In this document: piece by piece, positions 30,305 to 41,690 of the stretch | How positions within the stretch are numbered: position 1 is the first letter of the stretch | Layout of the letters: every line of letters starts with the position of its first letter | Source of the DNA: an uncultured Bacilli bacterium | Lineage (GTDB): Bacteria > Bacillota_I > Bacilli_A > RF39 > UBA660 | DNA length: 64,000 nt | Reading direction: 5' to 3' | Assembly: GCA_944359055.1 (NCBI GenBank) | Contig: CALVSO010000002.1 | Location: 5,935 to 69,934, forward strand | Notes under the pieces: model-generated | Told to the model about the DNA's origin: nothing | The model's database searches: none | The model's input: the letters and a program-made list of their open reading frames with translations, nothing else | Program-made: the position numbers and the translations under genes

Positions 30305-30751
30305 ATGAATATAATAGAAATAGCCAAAAAATATAATTTAATAAAAGAATTAAAAGATATAGATATAGTAGAAGATAACTCAATATATTTAAATGAAGAA
30401 AAAAGTAATTATAATTTTAAATATAATACTGGTGATATTGTATTTGTTAAAAAATATAATTATAATGATGGAACAAATGGTTCTAATCATTTATTTTTAA
30501 TAATTGAAGATAATTATATAGTTAGTATGGATTATTTTTGTCTACTAATATCTTCACAATTAGATAAATTAAAATATGATACAAATTTATTTTTAGCTAA
30601 AGATAACAAAAATAAATTAAAAAAGGATAGTATAATAAAATTAGATAGTATATATAGAATTGAAAATGAAGATATATTATTTAAGGTTGGTGAAGTTACA
30701 CAAGAAAAATTAAATATGTATCGTGATACATTTATAAAAATATATAGTTAA
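30305..30751 (+). CDS. Hypothetical protein with a divergent MazF/PemK-like fold and about 40-aa N-terminal extension
   Basis: GDIVFVKKYNY...HLFLIIED...CLLISSQ...KVGEVTQEKLNMY aligns to MazF blocks but lacks the conserved Arg. Good RBS gaggtga. Confidence 0.4.
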   Translation: MNIIEIAKKYNLIKELKDIDIVEDNSIYLNEEKSNYNFKYNTGDIVFVKKYNYNDGTNGSNHLFLIIEDNYIVSMDYFCLLISSQLDKLKYDTNLFLAKDNKNKLKKDSIIKLDSIYRIENEDILFKVGEVTQEKLNMYRDTFIKIYS

Positions 30752-30854
30752 ACTATTTACAAATTAAAATAAGTTTGTTATAATCTTAAGCGAGTAAGAA
30801 ATTTACTCCTTGCTTTTATTTATAAAAGCCAATAGTCCATAAGGAGGTGTTAGA

Positions 30855-31145
30855 ATGCGTAAATATGAAATTATGTTTATAGCAAGACCAACTTTATCTG
30901 AAGAAGAAAAGAAAAATGTTATTGCTAAATTTTCTAAAATTTTAACAGATAATAAGGCTACTATAACTGGTGAAAAAGATATGGGACAAAGAGAATTAGC
31001 TTACGAAATTAAAGATTTCAAATCAGGTTTCTATTATGTTATTACTCTTGAAGCTAATGATGATGTAGCTATTAGTGAATTTGATAGACAAGCTAGAAAT
31101 TCACAAGACATCATTCGTCATTTGATTACAAAAATCGAAGACTAA
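30855..31145 (+). CDS. rpsF: 30S ribosomal protein S6
   Basis: MRKYEIMFIARP N-terminus. Confidence 0.92.
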   Translation: MRKYEIMFIARPTLSEEEKKNVIAKFSKILTDNKATITGEKDMGQRELAYEIKDFKSGFYYVITLEANDDVAISEFDRQARNSQDIIRHLITKIED

Positions 31146-31154
31146 GGAGGAAAT

Positions 31155-31607
31155 ATGAATAGAGTTTTATTAGTAGGAAGATTAACTGCTAAGCCAGAAT
31201 TAAGATATACTAATTCTAATTTACCATATACTCGTTTTTCTGTAGCAGTAGATGGTATTCCAAGTGCCAATGGAGAAAGAAGAACTGACTTCATTAATAC
31301 AGTTGCATGGAGAAAACAAGCAGAAAATATTTGCCAATATTTGGATAAAGGTAGTTTAGTTTCTGTTGAAGGAAGACTTCAAACAAGTAATTATACAGAT
31401 AAAGATGGTAATAAAAGATATTCAATGGATGTGCAAGCAGATAATGTAAGATTTTTAGAATCTCGTGCTCAAGCACAAGGTAGGGCAAATAATGTATCTA
31501 CTACTCCATATGATTTCCAACAACCATCTAATGATGTTAATATCGATAATGATCCTTTTGCTGATTTCGGTGATAGCGTATCAATCGATGATAACTTTTT
31601 AGATTAA
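31155..31607 (+). CDS. ssb: Single-stranded DNA-binding protein
   Basis: MNRVLLVGRLT...acidic tail DDNFLD... with a terminal DF motif region. Confidence 0.9.
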   Translation: MNRVLLVGRLTAKPELRYTNSNLPYTRFSVAVDGIPSANGERRTDFINTVAWRKQAENICQYLDKGSLVSVEGRLQTSNYTDKDGNKRYSMDVQADNVRFLESRAQAQGRANNVSTTPYDFQQPSNDVNIDNDPFADFGDSVSIDDNFLD

Positions 31608-31619
31608 GGAGGAATATAA

Positions 31620-31838
31620 ATGGCTGAATTTTATCGTAAAAAGAAAAAAGTTTGCCAAATGTGTGCTGGTAAAGATGTTGATTATAAAGACGTTGAAACT
31701 ATCAAAAGATACATAAGTAATGAAAAAGGTAAAATTTTACCTCGTAGAATTACTGGTGCATGTGCAAAACATCAAAGACATATAGCTAATGAAATTAAAA
31801 AAGCTCGTTTTATGGCTTTAATTCCATTTACAAAATAG
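31620..31838 (+). CDS. rpsR: 30S ribosomal protein S18
   Basis: Conserved RRITG...KHQR motif. Confidence 0.92.
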   Translation: MAEFYRKKKKVCQMCAGKDVDYKDVETIKRYISNEKGKILPRRITGACAKHQRHIANEIKKARFMALIPFTK

Positions 31839-31880
31839 TAAATGGTTTTTTTGTAACATATATGAAGAGGGTGAATAAAT

Positions 31881-33995
31881 ATGGAATTATTGTCTCCTGC
31901 TGGTGATTTTGAGAGTTTAAAAGCTGCCATATTAGGTGGTTGTGATGCAGTATATTTGGGTGGAAAATTATTTGGAGCTAGAGCTTTTTCAAATAATTTT
32001 AATAATGAAGAATTAATTGAAGCAATTAAATATGCTCATTTATATGGAGTTAAAGTATATGTAACTGTAAATACTTTAATATATGAAAATGAAGTAGATA
32101 AATTTATGAACTATGTAGAATTTTTATATAAAAACAATGTTGATGCTTTAATTATTCAAGATATTGGAATGATGGATTTAATTAGAAAAACTTTTCCTTT
32201 ATTAGAGCTACATGCATCAACTCAAATGCATATTCATAATTTAGAAGGCGTTAAGTTAGTAGAAAGTTTAGGTTTAAAACGAGCTGTTTTAGCAAGAGAA
32301 ACACCAATTGAATTAATTGAAGAAATTAAAAAAAATACTGATATAGAATTAGAAATATTTGTTCATGGGGCTTTATGTGTAAGTTATTCTGGACAATGCT
32401 TATTTAGCAGTCTAATTGGTAATCGAAGTGGTAATCGAGGAAGTTGTGCAGGTAGTTGTAGACAAAAATATAATTTATTAGTTGATGGCAAAAAAGTTAA
32501 TAAAGATAATTATCTGTTAAGCTGTAAAGATTTATGTACTATTGAAGATATTGGTAAATTGATTGATATTGGTGTTGACAGCTTTAAAATAGAAGGTAGA
32601 ATGAAATCTCCAGAGTATGTTTATTTAGTTACTAAATTATATAGACAAGCAATAGATTCTTATGTTGCTGGTAAAGAAGTTAAAATAGATTTAACAGAAT
32701 TAAAAAAAATATTTAATCGTGAGTATACTAAGGGATTTTTATTTAATGAAATAAATATTGTAAATGAATATCGACCAAATCATTTAGGAGTAGAAATAGG
32801 AAAGGTAATAAAATCACAAAATAATTATGTTGATATATTATTAACAGATGAATTAAATATAAATGATGGTATAAGATTTATTAATAATGATGTTGGTTTT
32901 ATAGTAACACAAATATTTAAAAATAAAAAAAGAATAAATAAAGGAAATATTGGCGATGTAATATCTATTTATTGTAAGGATAAGGTATCTGGTAATGTAG
33001 TTAAAACTTACGATTATTTATTGAATAAAAAAATAGATGATATTTTAAAAATAAATAAAAAAATAAACATTAAAGGCAATTTAGAAGTTTATATTAATAA
33101 TAAAATTAAATTAGAAATTACTGATGGTAAAAATGATGTTGTATTATATGGTAATGTAGTTAATGAAGCTATTAATAGTCCGATATCTTTTGATAGAATA
33201 AAAGAACAATTAAATAAACTAGGTAATACTATATATGAATTTGAAGAATTAAATATTGTTGGTGATTCTAATATATTTATTCCAATTAAAGAATTAAATG
33301 ATATAAAAAATAAATTTGTTAATTTGTTAAATGAAAAAAGATTATATAAATATGAATATGTAAAAAAAGAATATAGTATTAATTTGCCTGACTTCCCTAA
33401 AGAAAAAAATTACAATATTTTAATTAATGATATAAAAGATTATGATAAAAATAGTAATTACAAATATATTTATATGAATGAAAATTTATATAATAAAATA
33501 GATGATACTAGAAAAGTATTAAGACTAGATCGTGTAATTGAAAGACATAAAGAATATAATAAAAAATTATTAGTAGGTGAATTAGGTAGTTTAATATATA
33601 AAGATATATTAAGTGATTTTTCATTTAATGTTACTAATTCCTATTCCGTAGCATTTTTACATAGTAATAACGTTAAACAAATATGTTTATCTTATGAATT
33701 AACTGATACTCAAATTAAAAATATAATTGATGCATATCATAATAGATATCATAAACATCCTAATTTAGAGTTAGTTGTATATGGTAATTTAGAAGCAATG
33801 GTATCTAAATATAACATTAATAAAAAATATAATGTTAGTAATTCAATATTAGAAGATAGATTTAAAAATAAATATCCGATCGTTATTAAAAATGATTTAA
33901 TGCATATATATGATTATAAAAAAAGAAATTATCAAGATCATAATAAATATTTTGAAATGGGTATTAATAATTTAAGGTATAATAAAGACGTATAA
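31881..33995 (+). CDS. Peptidase U32 family protein (collagenase-like, long form with a C-terminal extension)
   Basis: MELLSPAGDFESLKAAILGGCDAVYLGG and E..H..GALC motifs. Confidence 0.8.
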   Translation: MELLSPAGDFESLKAAILGGCDAVYLGGKLFGARAFSNNFNNEELIEAIKYAHLYGVKVYVTVNTLIYENEVDKFMNYVEFLYKNNVDALIIQDIGMMDLIRKTFPLLELHASTQMHIHNLEGVKLVESLGLKRAVLARETPIELIEEIKKNTDIELEIFVHGALCVSYSGQCLFSSLIGNRSGNRGSCAGSCRQKYNLLVDGKKVNKDNYLLSCKDLCTIEDIGKLIDIGVDSFKIEGRMKSPEYVYLVTKLYRQAIDSYVAGKEVKIDLTELKKIFNREYTKGFLFNEINIVNEYRPNHLGVEIGKVIKSQNNYVDILLTDELNINDGIRFINNDVGFIVTQIFKNKKRINKGNIGDVISIYCKDKVSGNVVKTYDYLLNKKIDDILKINKKINIKGNLEVYINNKIKLEITDGKNDVVLYGNVVNEAINSPISFDRIKEQLNKLGNTIYEFEELNIVGDSNIFIPIKELNDIKNKFVNLLNEKRLYKYEYVKKEYSINLPDFPKEKNYNILINDIKDYDKNSNYKYIYMNENLYNKIDDTRKVLRLDRVIERHKEYNKKLLVGELGSLIYKDILSDFSFNVTNSYSVAFLHSNNVKQICLSYELTDTQIKNIIDAYHNRYHKHPNLELVVYGNLEAMVSKYNINKKYNVSNSILEDRFKNKYPIVIKNDLMHIYDYKKRNYQDHNKYFEMGINNLRYNKDV

Positions 33996-34103
33996 AATAT
34001 GTCTTTTTTTGTAAAATTAGGCCACATATTAGATGAAATAAGGCTGTTATTTATAATAACATTTTTCTTTTTGAAAAAAATTAATAAAAATGCAAAAAAA
34101 CGC

Positions 34104-34132
34104 TTGATTTTCATATATTTTTATTGTATAAT
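34104..34132 (+). promoter_or_regulatory. S10 operon promoter (TTGATT-17-TATAAT)
   Basis: Read from the sequence. Confidence 0.5.
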
Positions 34133-34262
34133 TTTGAATGTGTGACTGCGGTGATGTGCAAGGTTGCCGATACACCAGGTTAAGTTGAAAATAATTTAAA
34201 AGGTAAATCGGGTTATTTGCTCGGAGCGAGTCTATACGTGATATAGGCGAAGGGAGGATATT
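34133..34262 (+). promoter_or_regulatory. GC-enriched structured 5' leader of the S10 operon (candidate r-protein autoregulatory element)
   Basis: Local GC far above background (gtgtgactgcggtgatgtgcaaggttgccgatacaccagg...gctcggagcgagtc), with several short complementary segments. Confidence 0.3.
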
Positions 34263-34571
34263 ATGTCTAAAGAAAAAATTCGTATTAGGTTGAAAGCATT
34301 TGAACACAAATCATTAGATAAGGCTTGTGCGAAAATAGTTGAAACAGTTAAAAGAACTGGTGGAGAAGTTTCAGGACCAATTCCACTACCAACTGAAATC
34401 GAAAAAATTACTATCTTAAGAGCTGTTCACAAAGACAAAGATAGTCGTGAACAATTCGAAAAAAGAACACACAAAAGACTAATTGATATCAAAAACCCAA
34501 GTAAGGAAACTATTGAGGCATTAACTCATTTAGATATTCCAAGTGGTGTTGATATTCAAATTAAAATGTAG
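34263..34571 (+). CDS. rpsJ: 30S ribosomal protein S10
   Basis: [14 protein letters not shown]... Confidence 0.95.
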   Translation: MSKEKIRIRLKAFEHKSLDKACAKIVETVKRTGGEVSGPIPLPTEIEKITILRAVHKDKDSREQFEKRTHKRLIDIKNPSKETIEALTHLDIPSGVDIQIKM

Positions 34572-34583
34572 GAGGAGAAAAAT

Positions 34584-35318
34584 ATGAAAGGAATCTTAGG
34601 TCGTAAAATTGGAATGACGCAAGTATTTACAAAATCTAATAAAGTAGTTCCAGTAACAGTTATTTCTGTAGAACCAAATGTGGTAACACAAATTAAGACT
34701 AAAGAAAATGATGGTTACGAAGCAATCCAATTAGGTTTTGATACAAAACGTGAAAAGTTAGCGACAAAAGCTTCAGTTGGACATACCAACAAAGCAAACA
34801 CTACACCTAAGCGCTTCTTTAAAGAAATTAGAGGTGTAGATATTAACAATTATTCTTTAGGTCAAGAAATCAAAGCTGATATTTTTGAAGCAGGAGAAGT
34901 TGTTGATGTAACAGGAACTACTAAAGGTAAAGGGTTCCAAGGTGTTATTAAAAGACACAATCAATCAAGAGGACCAATGGGACATGGTTCACATTATCAC
35001 AGAAAACCAGGTTCAATGGGTACAATGAGACCAATGCGTGTTTTCAAAGGTAAAAAATTACCAGGACACATGGGTACATTAACTGTAACAATTCAAAACT
35101 TAGAAATCGTTGCTGTTGATTTAGAAAATAACTGTATTTTAGTAAAAGGAAACGTTCCAGGAGCTAAAGATAGTTTAGTAATTATTAAATCTGCTGTTAA
35201 AGCAAACGGTAAAGTTAATCCAAGTGATGAATTAGTATCTTATGAAGAAGTTGTAATGGCTGAAGATACAACAGAAAAAGCAGAATTAGAACCTGCCGCT
35301 GAAAGCGAGGAGGCATAA
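34584..35318 (+). CDS. rplC: 50S ribosomal protein L3 (with an acidic C-terminal extension)
   Basis: [15 protein letters not shown]. Confidence 0.95.
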   Translation: MKGILGRKIGMTQVFTKSNKVVPVTVISVEPNVVTQIKTKENDGYEAIQLGFDTKREKLATKASVGHTNKANTTPKRFFKEIRGVDINNYSLGQEIKADIFEAGEVVDVTGTTKGKGFQGVIKRHNQSRGPMGHGSHYHRKPGSMGTMRPMRVFKGKKLPGHMGTLTVTIQNLEIVAVDLENNCILVKGNVPGAKDSLVIIKSAVKANGKVNPSDELVSYEEVVMAEDTTEKAELEPAAESEEA

Positions 35319-35319
35319 T

Positions 35320-35937
35320 ATGGAAAAATTACAAGTATTAAATACTAAAGGTGAAAAAGTTAGCGATATCAAATTAAACAAAGAAATTTGGGGAATTGAA
35401 CCAAATGACGCTGTTTTATATGATGCATTAAGATTAGCTAGAAATAACTTTAGACAAGGTACTGCTGATACTAAAACAAGAAGTGAAGTATCAGGTGGAG
35501 GTAGAAAACCTTGGAGACAAAAAGGTACAGGTAGAGCTAGACAAGGATCAACTAGAGCTCCACATTGGCCAGGAGGTGGCGTAGTATTTGGACCACATCC
35601 AAGAAGTTATGCTATCAAAATGAATAGAAAAGAACGTCGTTTAGCTTTAAAATCAGCTTTAGCTTATAAAGCAATTGAAAGCAAATTAATCGTTTTAGAT
35701 AAATTAGAAGTATCTAATAAAACAAAAGATTTCAAAGAAATTTTAAAATCATTAAACTTAACTAAAAAAGTTTTAGTAGTTGTAGATGAATTAACAGATG
35801 AATTAGTATTAAGTTCAAGAAACTTAAATAATGTATTATTATTAAGTGTTGATGAAGTAAATACTTACGATGTTGTTTATGCAGATACAATGGTAATTAC
35901 TGAAAAAGCAGTTAAGAAATTAGAGGAGGTGCTTTAA
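35320..35937 (+). CDS. rplD: 50S ribosomal protein L4
   Basis: GGGRKPWRQKGTGRARQGS. Confidence 0.95.
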   Translation: MEKLQVLNTKGEKVSDIKLNKEIWGIEPNDAVLYDALRLARNNFRQGTADTKTRSEVSGGGRKPWRQKGTGRARQGSTRAPHWPGGGVVFGPHPRSYAIKMNRKERRLALKSALAYKAIESKLIVLDKLEVSNKTKDFKEILKSLNLTKKVLVVVDELTDELVLSSRNLNNVLLLSVDEVNTYDVVYADTMVITEKAVKKLEEVL

Positions 35938-36215
35938 TGCAAAACTATAGAGATATTATTAAAGGCCCAATCATGACTGAAAAATCAAATGATTTAGCTC
36001 AAAAAAATATAGTAACATTAAGCGTTGATCCAAAAGCTAACAAAATACAAATTAAACAAGCTGTTGAAAAAGTTTTCAATGTTAAAGTTGAAAGTGTAAA
36101 TACTGTAACAGTAAGACCAAGAAAAAAAAGAGTTGGTAAATATACTGGTTACACAAACAAAGTTAAAAAAGCTATTGTTAAATTAAAAGATGGAAGTTCA
36201 ATTGAACTAAACTAA
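35937..36215 (+). CDS. rplW: 50S ribosomal protein L23
   Basis: [10 protein letters not shown]. Confidence 0.93.
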   Translation: MQNYRDIIKGPIMTEKSNDLAQKNIVTLSVDPKANKIQIKQAVEKVFNVKVESVNTVTVRPRKKRVGKYTGYTNKVKKAIVKLKDGSSIELN

Positions 36216-36228
36216 TAAGGAGGAAACT

Positions 36229-37059
36229 ATGGCAGTTAAAACATATAAAGCAATGACTAATGGAACTCGTGGTATGTCAAAATTAGTTAATGACGAAATC
36301 ACAAAAACAACTCCAGAAAAATCATTGACTATTACCTTAACTAAAAAAGGCGGACGTAATAATCAAGGTAGAATAACTGTTAGACATCGTGGTGGTGGAG
36401 CAAAAAGAAAATATAGAATTATCGATTTCAAAAGAAATAAAGATAATGTTATTGGAACAGTTGCTTCAATCGAATATGATCCAAACAGAACAGCAAATAT
36501 CGCTTTGATTAACTATGCTGATGGTGAAAAAAGATACATAATTGCTCCTAAAGGATTAAAAGTTGGTATGCAAATTGAATCAGGAGAAAATGCTGATATC
36601 AAAGTTGGAAACAACTTACCACTTAGCAAAATTCCAGAAGGAACAATGGTACACAATGTTGAATTAAAAGCTGGTAAAGGTGGACAATTAGCAAGATCAG
36701 CTGGTAGTTCAGTACAAATCTTAGGATTTGAAGGAAAATATGCTTTATTAAGATTAACAAGTGGCGAAGTTAGAAAAGTAATAGCTACTAATAGAGCTAC
36801 AGTTGGTGAAGTAGGAAACGAAGATCACGAATTAGTTAGTATCGGTAAAGCAGGAAGAAAAAGACATATGGGTATTAAACCAACCGTTCGTGGATCAGTT
36901 ATGAACCCTAACGATCACCCACATGGTGGTGGTGAAGGTAGAGCTCCAATCGGTAGAAAAGGTCCAGTTACACCTTGGGGTAAACCAGCACTTGGTTATA
37001 AGACTCGTAAAAATAAAAAAGCTAGCGACAAGTTAATAGTACGTCGTCGTAAAAAATAA
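36229..37059 (+). CDS. rplB: 50S ribosomal protein L2
   Basis: [14 protein letters not shown]. Confidence 0.95.
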   Translation: MAVKTYKAMTNGTRGMSKLVNDEITKTTPEKSLTITLTKKGGRNNQGRITVRHRGGGAKRKYRIIDFKRNKDNVIGTVASIEYDPNRTANIALINYADGEKRYIIAPKGLKVGMQIESGENADIKVGNNLPLSKIPEGTMVHNVELKAGKGGQLARSAGSSVQILGFEGKYALLRLTSGEVRKVIATNRATVGEVGNEDHELVSIGKAGRKRHMGIKPTVRGSVMNPNDHPHGGGEGRAPIGRKGPVTPWGKPALGYKTRKNKKASDKLIVRRRKK

Positions 37060-37076
37060 TTGAAAGGATTGATTAG

Positions 37077-37349
37077 ATGGCAAGAAGTCTAAAAAAAGGT
37101 CCATTCGTTGATGAAAGCTTAATGAAAAAAGTTAAAGCAGTTAACGAAAGTGGGAAAAAAGAAGTTATTAAAACATGGTCTCGCCGTTCAACAATTTTTC
37201 CTGAATTTATTGGACACACATTTGCTGTTCATAATGGTAAAGAATTCATTCCTGTTTATGTAACAGAAGATATGGTTGGACATAAATTAGGTGAATTCGC
37301 ACCAACACGTAAATTTGGTGGACATGGCGATAATAAAGATACTAAATAG
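37077..37349 (+). CDS. rpsS: 30S ribosomal protein S19
   Basis: [12 protein letters not shown]. Confidence 0.95.
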   Translation: MARSLKKGPFVDESLMKKVKAVNESGKKEVIKTWSRRSTIFPEFIGHTFAVHNGKEFIPVYVTEDMVGHKLGEFAPTRKFGGHGDNKDTK

Positions 37350-37372
37350 TATTAAAGAAGGGAGAGTATCAA

Positions 37373-37708
37373 ATGGAAGCAAGAGCTATCGCTAAAAACG
37401 TAAGAATAGCCCCTCGTAAAGCTCGTTTAGTTATAGATTTAGTTCGTGGCAAAAGTGTAGCAGAAGCAGAAGTAATCTTATCTAATTTAAATAAAGAAGC
37501 TGCAAGACTAATTAAAAAAGTATTAGTATCTGCTACAGCTAATGCTACTAATAATCTAGGATTAAAAGTAGAAGATTTAAAAGTTAAAGAAGCCTACATT
37601 GATGAAGGCTTAGTAATGAAAAGAATGAAATTTGGTTCTCGTGGACATGTAGATCCAATTAAAAAGAGAACAAGCCACATTACAATCGTTGTAAGTGATA
37701 ATAAATAA
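37373..37708 (+). CDS. rplV: 50S ribosomal protein L22
   Basis: [20 protein letters not shown]. Confidence 0.94.
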   Translation: MEARAIAKNVRIAPRKARLVIDLVRGKSVAEAEVILSNLNKEAARLIKKVLVSATANATNNLGLKVEDLKVKEAYIDEGLVMKRMKFGSRGHVDPIKKRTSHITIVVSDNK

Positions 37709-37725
37709 AGAAAGGTGGGAAAAAC

Positions 37726-38406
37726 ATGGGTCAAAAAGTTAGTCCAATAGGACTTCGTATCGGCATCAATAAAAAATGGGAATCTACTTGGTATGCAGGT
37801 AATAAAGATTTCGCAAAATACATTAAAAATGATGATACAATTCGTAAATTTTTATTCAAAAAATTAAAAGATGCATCAGTAGCTAGTATCCTAATTGAAA
37901 GAACAGCCAAAAAGACCGATGTAATTATCAATACTGCTAAACCTGGCGTAGTTATAGGCCATGGTGGAGAAGAAATTGAAAAATTAAAGAAAGAATTAAG
38001 TAAATTAGTTGGTGAAGATATTCAAATCTCAATTATGGAAGTTAAAAAACCAGATTTAGTTGCTGCATTAGTTGCAGAAAATATCGCTCATCAAATTGAA
38101 AACCGTGTTTCATTCAGAATTGCTCAAAAAAGAGCTATTAGAAATGTAATGAAAGCCGGAGCAAAAGGAATCAAAACTGCTGTTTCAGGAAGACTTGGTG
38201 GTGCTGATATGGCAAGAACTGAAGGTTATACTGAAGGTATGATTCCATTACATACTTTAAGAGCAGATGTAGATTATGCACATAAAGAAGCTAATACAAC
38301 TTATGGAAAAATCGGAGTTAAAGTATGGATTTATAAAGGTGAAATTTTAAAAGCATCTGATGATAAGGGAGGTATGAAAGATGGCCGTAATACCAAAAAG
38401 AACTAA
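37726..38406 (+). CDS. rpsC: 30S ribosomal protein S3
   Basis: [18 protein letters not shown]. Confidence 0.95.
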   Translation: MGQKVSPIGLRIGINKKWESTWYAGNKDFAKYIKNDDTIRKFLFKKLKDASVASILIERTAKKTDVIINTAKPGVVIGHGGEEIEKLKKELSKLVGEDIQISIMEVKKPDLVAALVAENIAHQIENRVSFRIAQKRAIRNVMKAGAKGIKTAVSGRLGGADMARTEGYTEGMIPLHTLRADVDYAHKEANTTYGKIGVKVWIYKGEILKASDDKGGMKDGRNTKKN

Positions 38407-38809
38407 GTATAGACGTCCTCATAGATTACCTTATGATGGATTAGCTAAAGGTAATACAGAATTACACTTTGGTGAATATGGATTACAAGCTATGGAAGGA
38501 GCTTGGATCACACAACAACAAATCGAAGCAGCTCGTGTTGCTATGACTCGTTATATGAAACGTGGAGGAAAAGTATATATCAATATTTTCCCACACTTAT
38601 CATTAACTAGAATACCTCTAGAAACTCGTATGGGTAAAGGTAAAGGTCAACCAGAAATGTGGGTTGCAGTTGTTAAGAAAAACAAAATTTTATTCGAAAT
38701 AACTGGTGTTTCAGAAGAAGTTGCTAGAGAAGCATTAAGACTTGCAATGCACAAATTACCAATTAAATGTAAATTTGTAAAAAAGGATGGTGAAAAACGT
38801 GAAAACTAA
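38381..38809 (+). CDS. rplP: 50S ribosomal protein L16
   Basis: IPKRTKYRR...RMGKGKG. RBS aagggagg. Confidence 0.93.
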   Translation: MAVIPKRTKYRRPHRLPYDGLAKGNTELHFGEYGLQAMEGAWITQQQIEAARVAMTRYMKRGGKVYINIFPHLSLTRIPLETRMGKGKGQPEMWVAVVKKNKILFEITGVSEEVAREALRLAMHKLPIKCKFVKKDGEKREN

Positions 38810-38993
38810 AGATATTAGAGAAATGTCAACAGAAGAATTAAACAAAAAAATCGAAGAATATAAAGAAGAATTATTCAATTTACGTTTTAGCCAAGCAACT
38901 GGAAATCTTGAAAAACCTTCAAGAATCAAAGAATTAAGAAAGTTAGTCGCTAAAATGAAAACTATTATTCGTGAACGCGAACTTAATGATTAG
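38799..38993 (+). CDS. rpmC: 50S ribosomal protein L29 (GTG start inferred; the track used ATG 38787)
   Basis: (M)[19 protein letters not shown] is the typical L29 N-terminus. RBS spacing favours GTG 38799. Confidence 0.85.
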   Translation: MKTKDIREMSTEELNKKIEEYKEELFNLRFSQATGNLEKPSRIKELRKLVAKMKTIIRERELND

Positions 38994-39002
38994 GAGGTAA
39001 CT

Positions 39003-39257
39003 ATGGAAAATAGACGTGAATTAATTGGTAAAGTTGTTAGTAACTCATGTGATAAAACAATCACAGTATTAGTAGAAACATATAAAAAAGATAGCAAATA
39101 TGGAAAACGTGTTAAATATTCTAAAAAATATGCTGCACATGATCCAAAAAACGAAGCAGTCGTTGGTGACACTGTTCGAATAGAGGAAACAAGACCATTA
39201 TCAAAAACTAAACGTTATAGATTAGTTGAAGTGGTAGAAAAAGCAATTATCTTATAA
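39003..39257 (+). CDS. rpsQ: 30S ribosomal protein S17
   Basis: [14 protein letters not shown]...[18 protein letters not shown]. Confidence 0.94.
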   Translation: MENRRELIGKVVSNSCDKTITVLVETYKKDSKYGKRVKYSKKYAAHDPKNEAVVGDTVRIEETRPLSKTKRYRLVEVVEKAIIL

Positions 39258-39276
39258 TTGATAAGGAGGATTAATT

Positions 39277-39645
39277 ATGATTCAACAAGAAAGTCGTCTT
39301 AAAGTTGCCGATAACTCAGGTGCAAGAGAAATCTCTGTAATTAGAGTTTTAGGTGGCAGCAAAGTTAAGACAGGAAATATTGGTGATATAGTTGTTGGAA
39401 CTGTAAAAAATGCTACTCCTAACGGAACAGTTGGTAAAGGAAAAGTTGTCAAGGCTGTTGTTGTTAGAAGTAAATTCGGATTAAGACGCGAAGATGGTTC
39501 TTATATTAAATTCGATGATAATGCTTGCGTTATTATTAAAGATGATAAGAGTCCAGTTGGAACTCGTGTTTTCGGTCCAGTAGCACGTGAATTACGTGAT
39601 AAAGATTTCATGAAAATTGTATCACTAGCAAAAGAAGTGTTATAG
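39277..39645 (+). CDS. rplN: 50S ribosomal protein L14
   Basis: [18 protein letters not shown]. Confidence 0.95.
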   Translation: MIQQESRLKVADNSGAREISVIRVLGGSKVKTGNIGDIVVGTVKNATPNGTVGKGKVVKAVVVRSKFGLRREDGSYIKFDDNACVIIKDDKSPVGTRVFGPVARELRDKDFMKIVSLAKEVL

Positions 39646-39654
39646 GAGGAAACT

Positions 39655-39963
39655 ATGAAATTAAAAACAGGAGATAAAGTAGTTGTTATCGCCGGAAAGA
39701 GTAAAGGTAAAGAAGGAACTATTATTAAAACTTTAAAAAACGAAAACAAAGTAGTTGTTGAAGGCGTTAATATGGTTAAAAAACATCTTAAACCAAACGG
39801 TCAAGAATCTGGATCTATCGTTGAAAGAGAAGCTCCAATCGATGCTTCAAATGTTATGATATTAGATCCAAAAACAAAAAAACCTACTCGCATAGGCCAT
39901 ACTACCAATAAAGCAGGAAAAAAAGTTAGAGTTGCTAAAAAATCTAACGAAAATCTTGATTAA
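39655..39963 (+). CDS. rplX: 50S ribosomal protein L24
   Basis: [19 protein letters not shown]. Confidence 0.94.
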   Translation: MKLKTGDKVVVIAGKSKGKEGTIIKTLKNENKVVVEGVNMVKKHLKPNGQESGSIVEREAPIDASNVMILDPKTKKPTRIGHTTNKAGKKVRVAKKSNENLD

Positions 39964-39977
39964 GGAAGGAGGGTATT

Positions 39978-40517
39978 ATGAACCGCCTAAGAGAAAAGTA
40001 TAATAACGAAATTGTAAAAGAATTACAATCAAAATATAATTATAAAAGTGTTATGGAAGTTCCAAAATTAGATAAAATAGTTGTTAATATGGGTGTTGGA
40101 GATGCTTCACATAATAGTAAAATGTTAGAAGCAGCTATGAAAGATTTAGAAATTATTACAGGTCAAAAACCAGTTGCAACTAAAGCTAAAAAAGCTATAG
40201 CAGGATTTAAAATTAGAGAAGGTCAAGCTATCGGATGTAAAGTAACATTACGTGGAGAAAATATGTATAACTTCTTAGATAAATTAATTAGTATTACATT
40301 ACCACGTGTAAGAGATTTTAGAGGATTATCTAATAAATCATTCGATGGACGTGGAAACTATACATTAGGTTTAACTGAACAATTAATATTCTCTGAAATT
40401 AACTATGATGATGTAGTAAAAGTAAGAGGTATGGATATTGTATTCGTAACAACTGCTAAAACTAATGAAGAAGCTCATGATCTATTAAAAGGTTTTGGAA
40501 TGCCATTTAAAAAATAG
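39978..40517 (+). CDS. rplE: 50S ribosomal protein L5
   Basis: [13 protein letters not shown]...[12 protein letters not shown]. Confidence 0.95.
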   Translation: MNRLREKYNNEIVKELQSKYNYKSVMEVPKLDKIVVNMGVGDASHNSKMLEAAMKDLEIITGQKPVATKAKKAIAGFKIREGQAIGCKVTLRGENMYNFLDKLISITLPRVRDFRGLSNKSFDGRGNYTLGLTEQLIFSEINYDDVVKVRGMDIVFVTTAKTNEEAHDLLKGFGMPFKK

Positions 40518-40526
40518 GAGGAGATT

Positions 40527-40712
40527 ATGGCTAAAAAAAGCATGATTATTAAAGCTAGTCGTAAGCCAAAATTCAAAGTTCGTAAATATACAAGATGTAG
40601 TATTTGTGGAAGACCACATGCTGTACTTAAAAAATATGGAATTTGTAGAATTTGCTTTAGAGAATTAGCTTACAAAGGACAAATACCAGGTGTTAAAAAA
40701 TCAAGTTGGTAA
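40527..40712 (+). CDS. rpsZ: 30S ribosomal protein S14 type Z (zinc-binding)
   Basis: 61 aa, CSICGRPH...CRICFRE. Confidence 0.93.
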   Translation: MAKKSMIIKASRKPKFKVRKYTRCSICGRPHAVLKKYGICRICFRELAYKGQIPGVKKSSW

Positions 40713-40727
40713 GAAAAGGAGGATTAT

Positions 40728-41120
40728 ATGGTAACAGATCCAATCGCAGATATGTTAACTCGTATTCGTAATGCGAATACTATGCGATATAAAGAAGTTG
40801 AAATACCTTCATCAAAAGTAAAAGTTGAAATAGCTAAAATCTTAAAAAATGAAGGATTTATCAACGATTATAAAATTAAGAAAAATAATGTTCAAGATAT
40901 TATTGTCTTAAGTTTAAAATATAATAACAAAGAAAGAGTTATTACAGGATTAAAGAGAATATCTAAACCAGGATTAAGAGTATATGCTAAATCTGAAGAA
41001 ATACCAAGAGTATTAAATGGATTAGGTATTGCTATTATATCTACATCAAAAGGAATTATGACAGGTAAAGATGCTAAAGCTGCTAACTTAGGTGGCGAAG
41101 TATTAGCTTACATTTGGTAG
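40728..41120 (+). CDS. rpsH: 30S ribosomal protein S8
   Basis: [17 protein letters not shown]. Confidence 0.95.
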   Translation: MVTDPIADMLTRIRNANTMRYKEVEIPSSKVKVEIAKILKNEGFINDYKIKKNNVQDIIVLSLKYNNKERVITGLKRISKPGLRVYAKSEEIPRVLNGLGIAIISTSKGIMTGKDAKAANLGGEVLAYIW

Positions 41121-41135
41121 AAAGGAATTGATACA

Positions 41136-41666
41136 ATGAGTCGTATAGGAAATAAAATATTAACCCTTCCTAGTAACGTAACTTTAACAGTTGATGGTAA
41201 CAAAGTAACAGTTAAAGGACCAAAAGGTGAACTTTCTACTGAAATTAATAAACATATAACTGTTGAAGTAAATGAAAATCAAGTAGTTGTTAAAAGAGAT
41301 AATGATAACTACAAAAATTTTCACGGTACTGCTAATGCTAATATTAAAAATATGATTATTGGTGTTAGTGAAGGATTTGAAAAAAAATTAGAAGCAGTTG
41401 GAGTTGGATATCGTTTTAATTTAAAAGGTAACAACTTAGTAGTAACTGCTGGTTATTCTCATCCAGTTGAAGTAAGTATTCCAGATGGAATCAAATTAGA
41501 AGTTCCAAGTAATACAGAATTATTTGTAAGAGGAGCTGATAAACAACTAGTTGGAGAATTCGCAGCTAACGTTCGTAAAATTAGACAACCAGAACCATAC
41601 AAAGGAAAAGGTATTCGTTATACTGATGAACACATTATCCGTAAAGTTGGTAAGAAAGCTGCTTAA
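41136..41666 (+). CDS. rplF: 50S ribosomal protein L6
   Basis: MSRIGNKILTLPSNVTLTVDGNKVTVKGPKGEL. Confidence 0.95.
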   Translation: MSRIGNKILTLPSNVTLTVDGNKVTVKGPKGELSTEINKHITVEVNENQVVVKRDNDNYKNFHGTANANIKNMIIGVSEGFEKKLEAVGVGYRFNLKGNNLVVTAGYSHPVEVSIPDGIKLEVPSNTELFVRGADKQLVGEFAANVRKIRQPEPYKGKGIRYTDEHIIRKVGKKAA

Positions 41667-41690
41667 TATTAGATAAAAGGAGACGTTAAA

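Noticed and set aside
34047-34307. 86-aa minus-strand ORF overlapping the S10 promoter/leader and the start of rpsJ
   Set aside because: It overlaps a strong promoter and structured leader plus the rpsJ start. It is low-complexity, has no RBS, and is most likely non-coding.
38787-38801. ATG 38787 as the L29 start (as in the ORF track)
   Set aside because: The RBS is directly adjacent with 0-1 nt spacing. GTG at 38799 gives proper spacing and the canonical MKTKDIRE N-terminus, although the ATG cannot be fully excluded.
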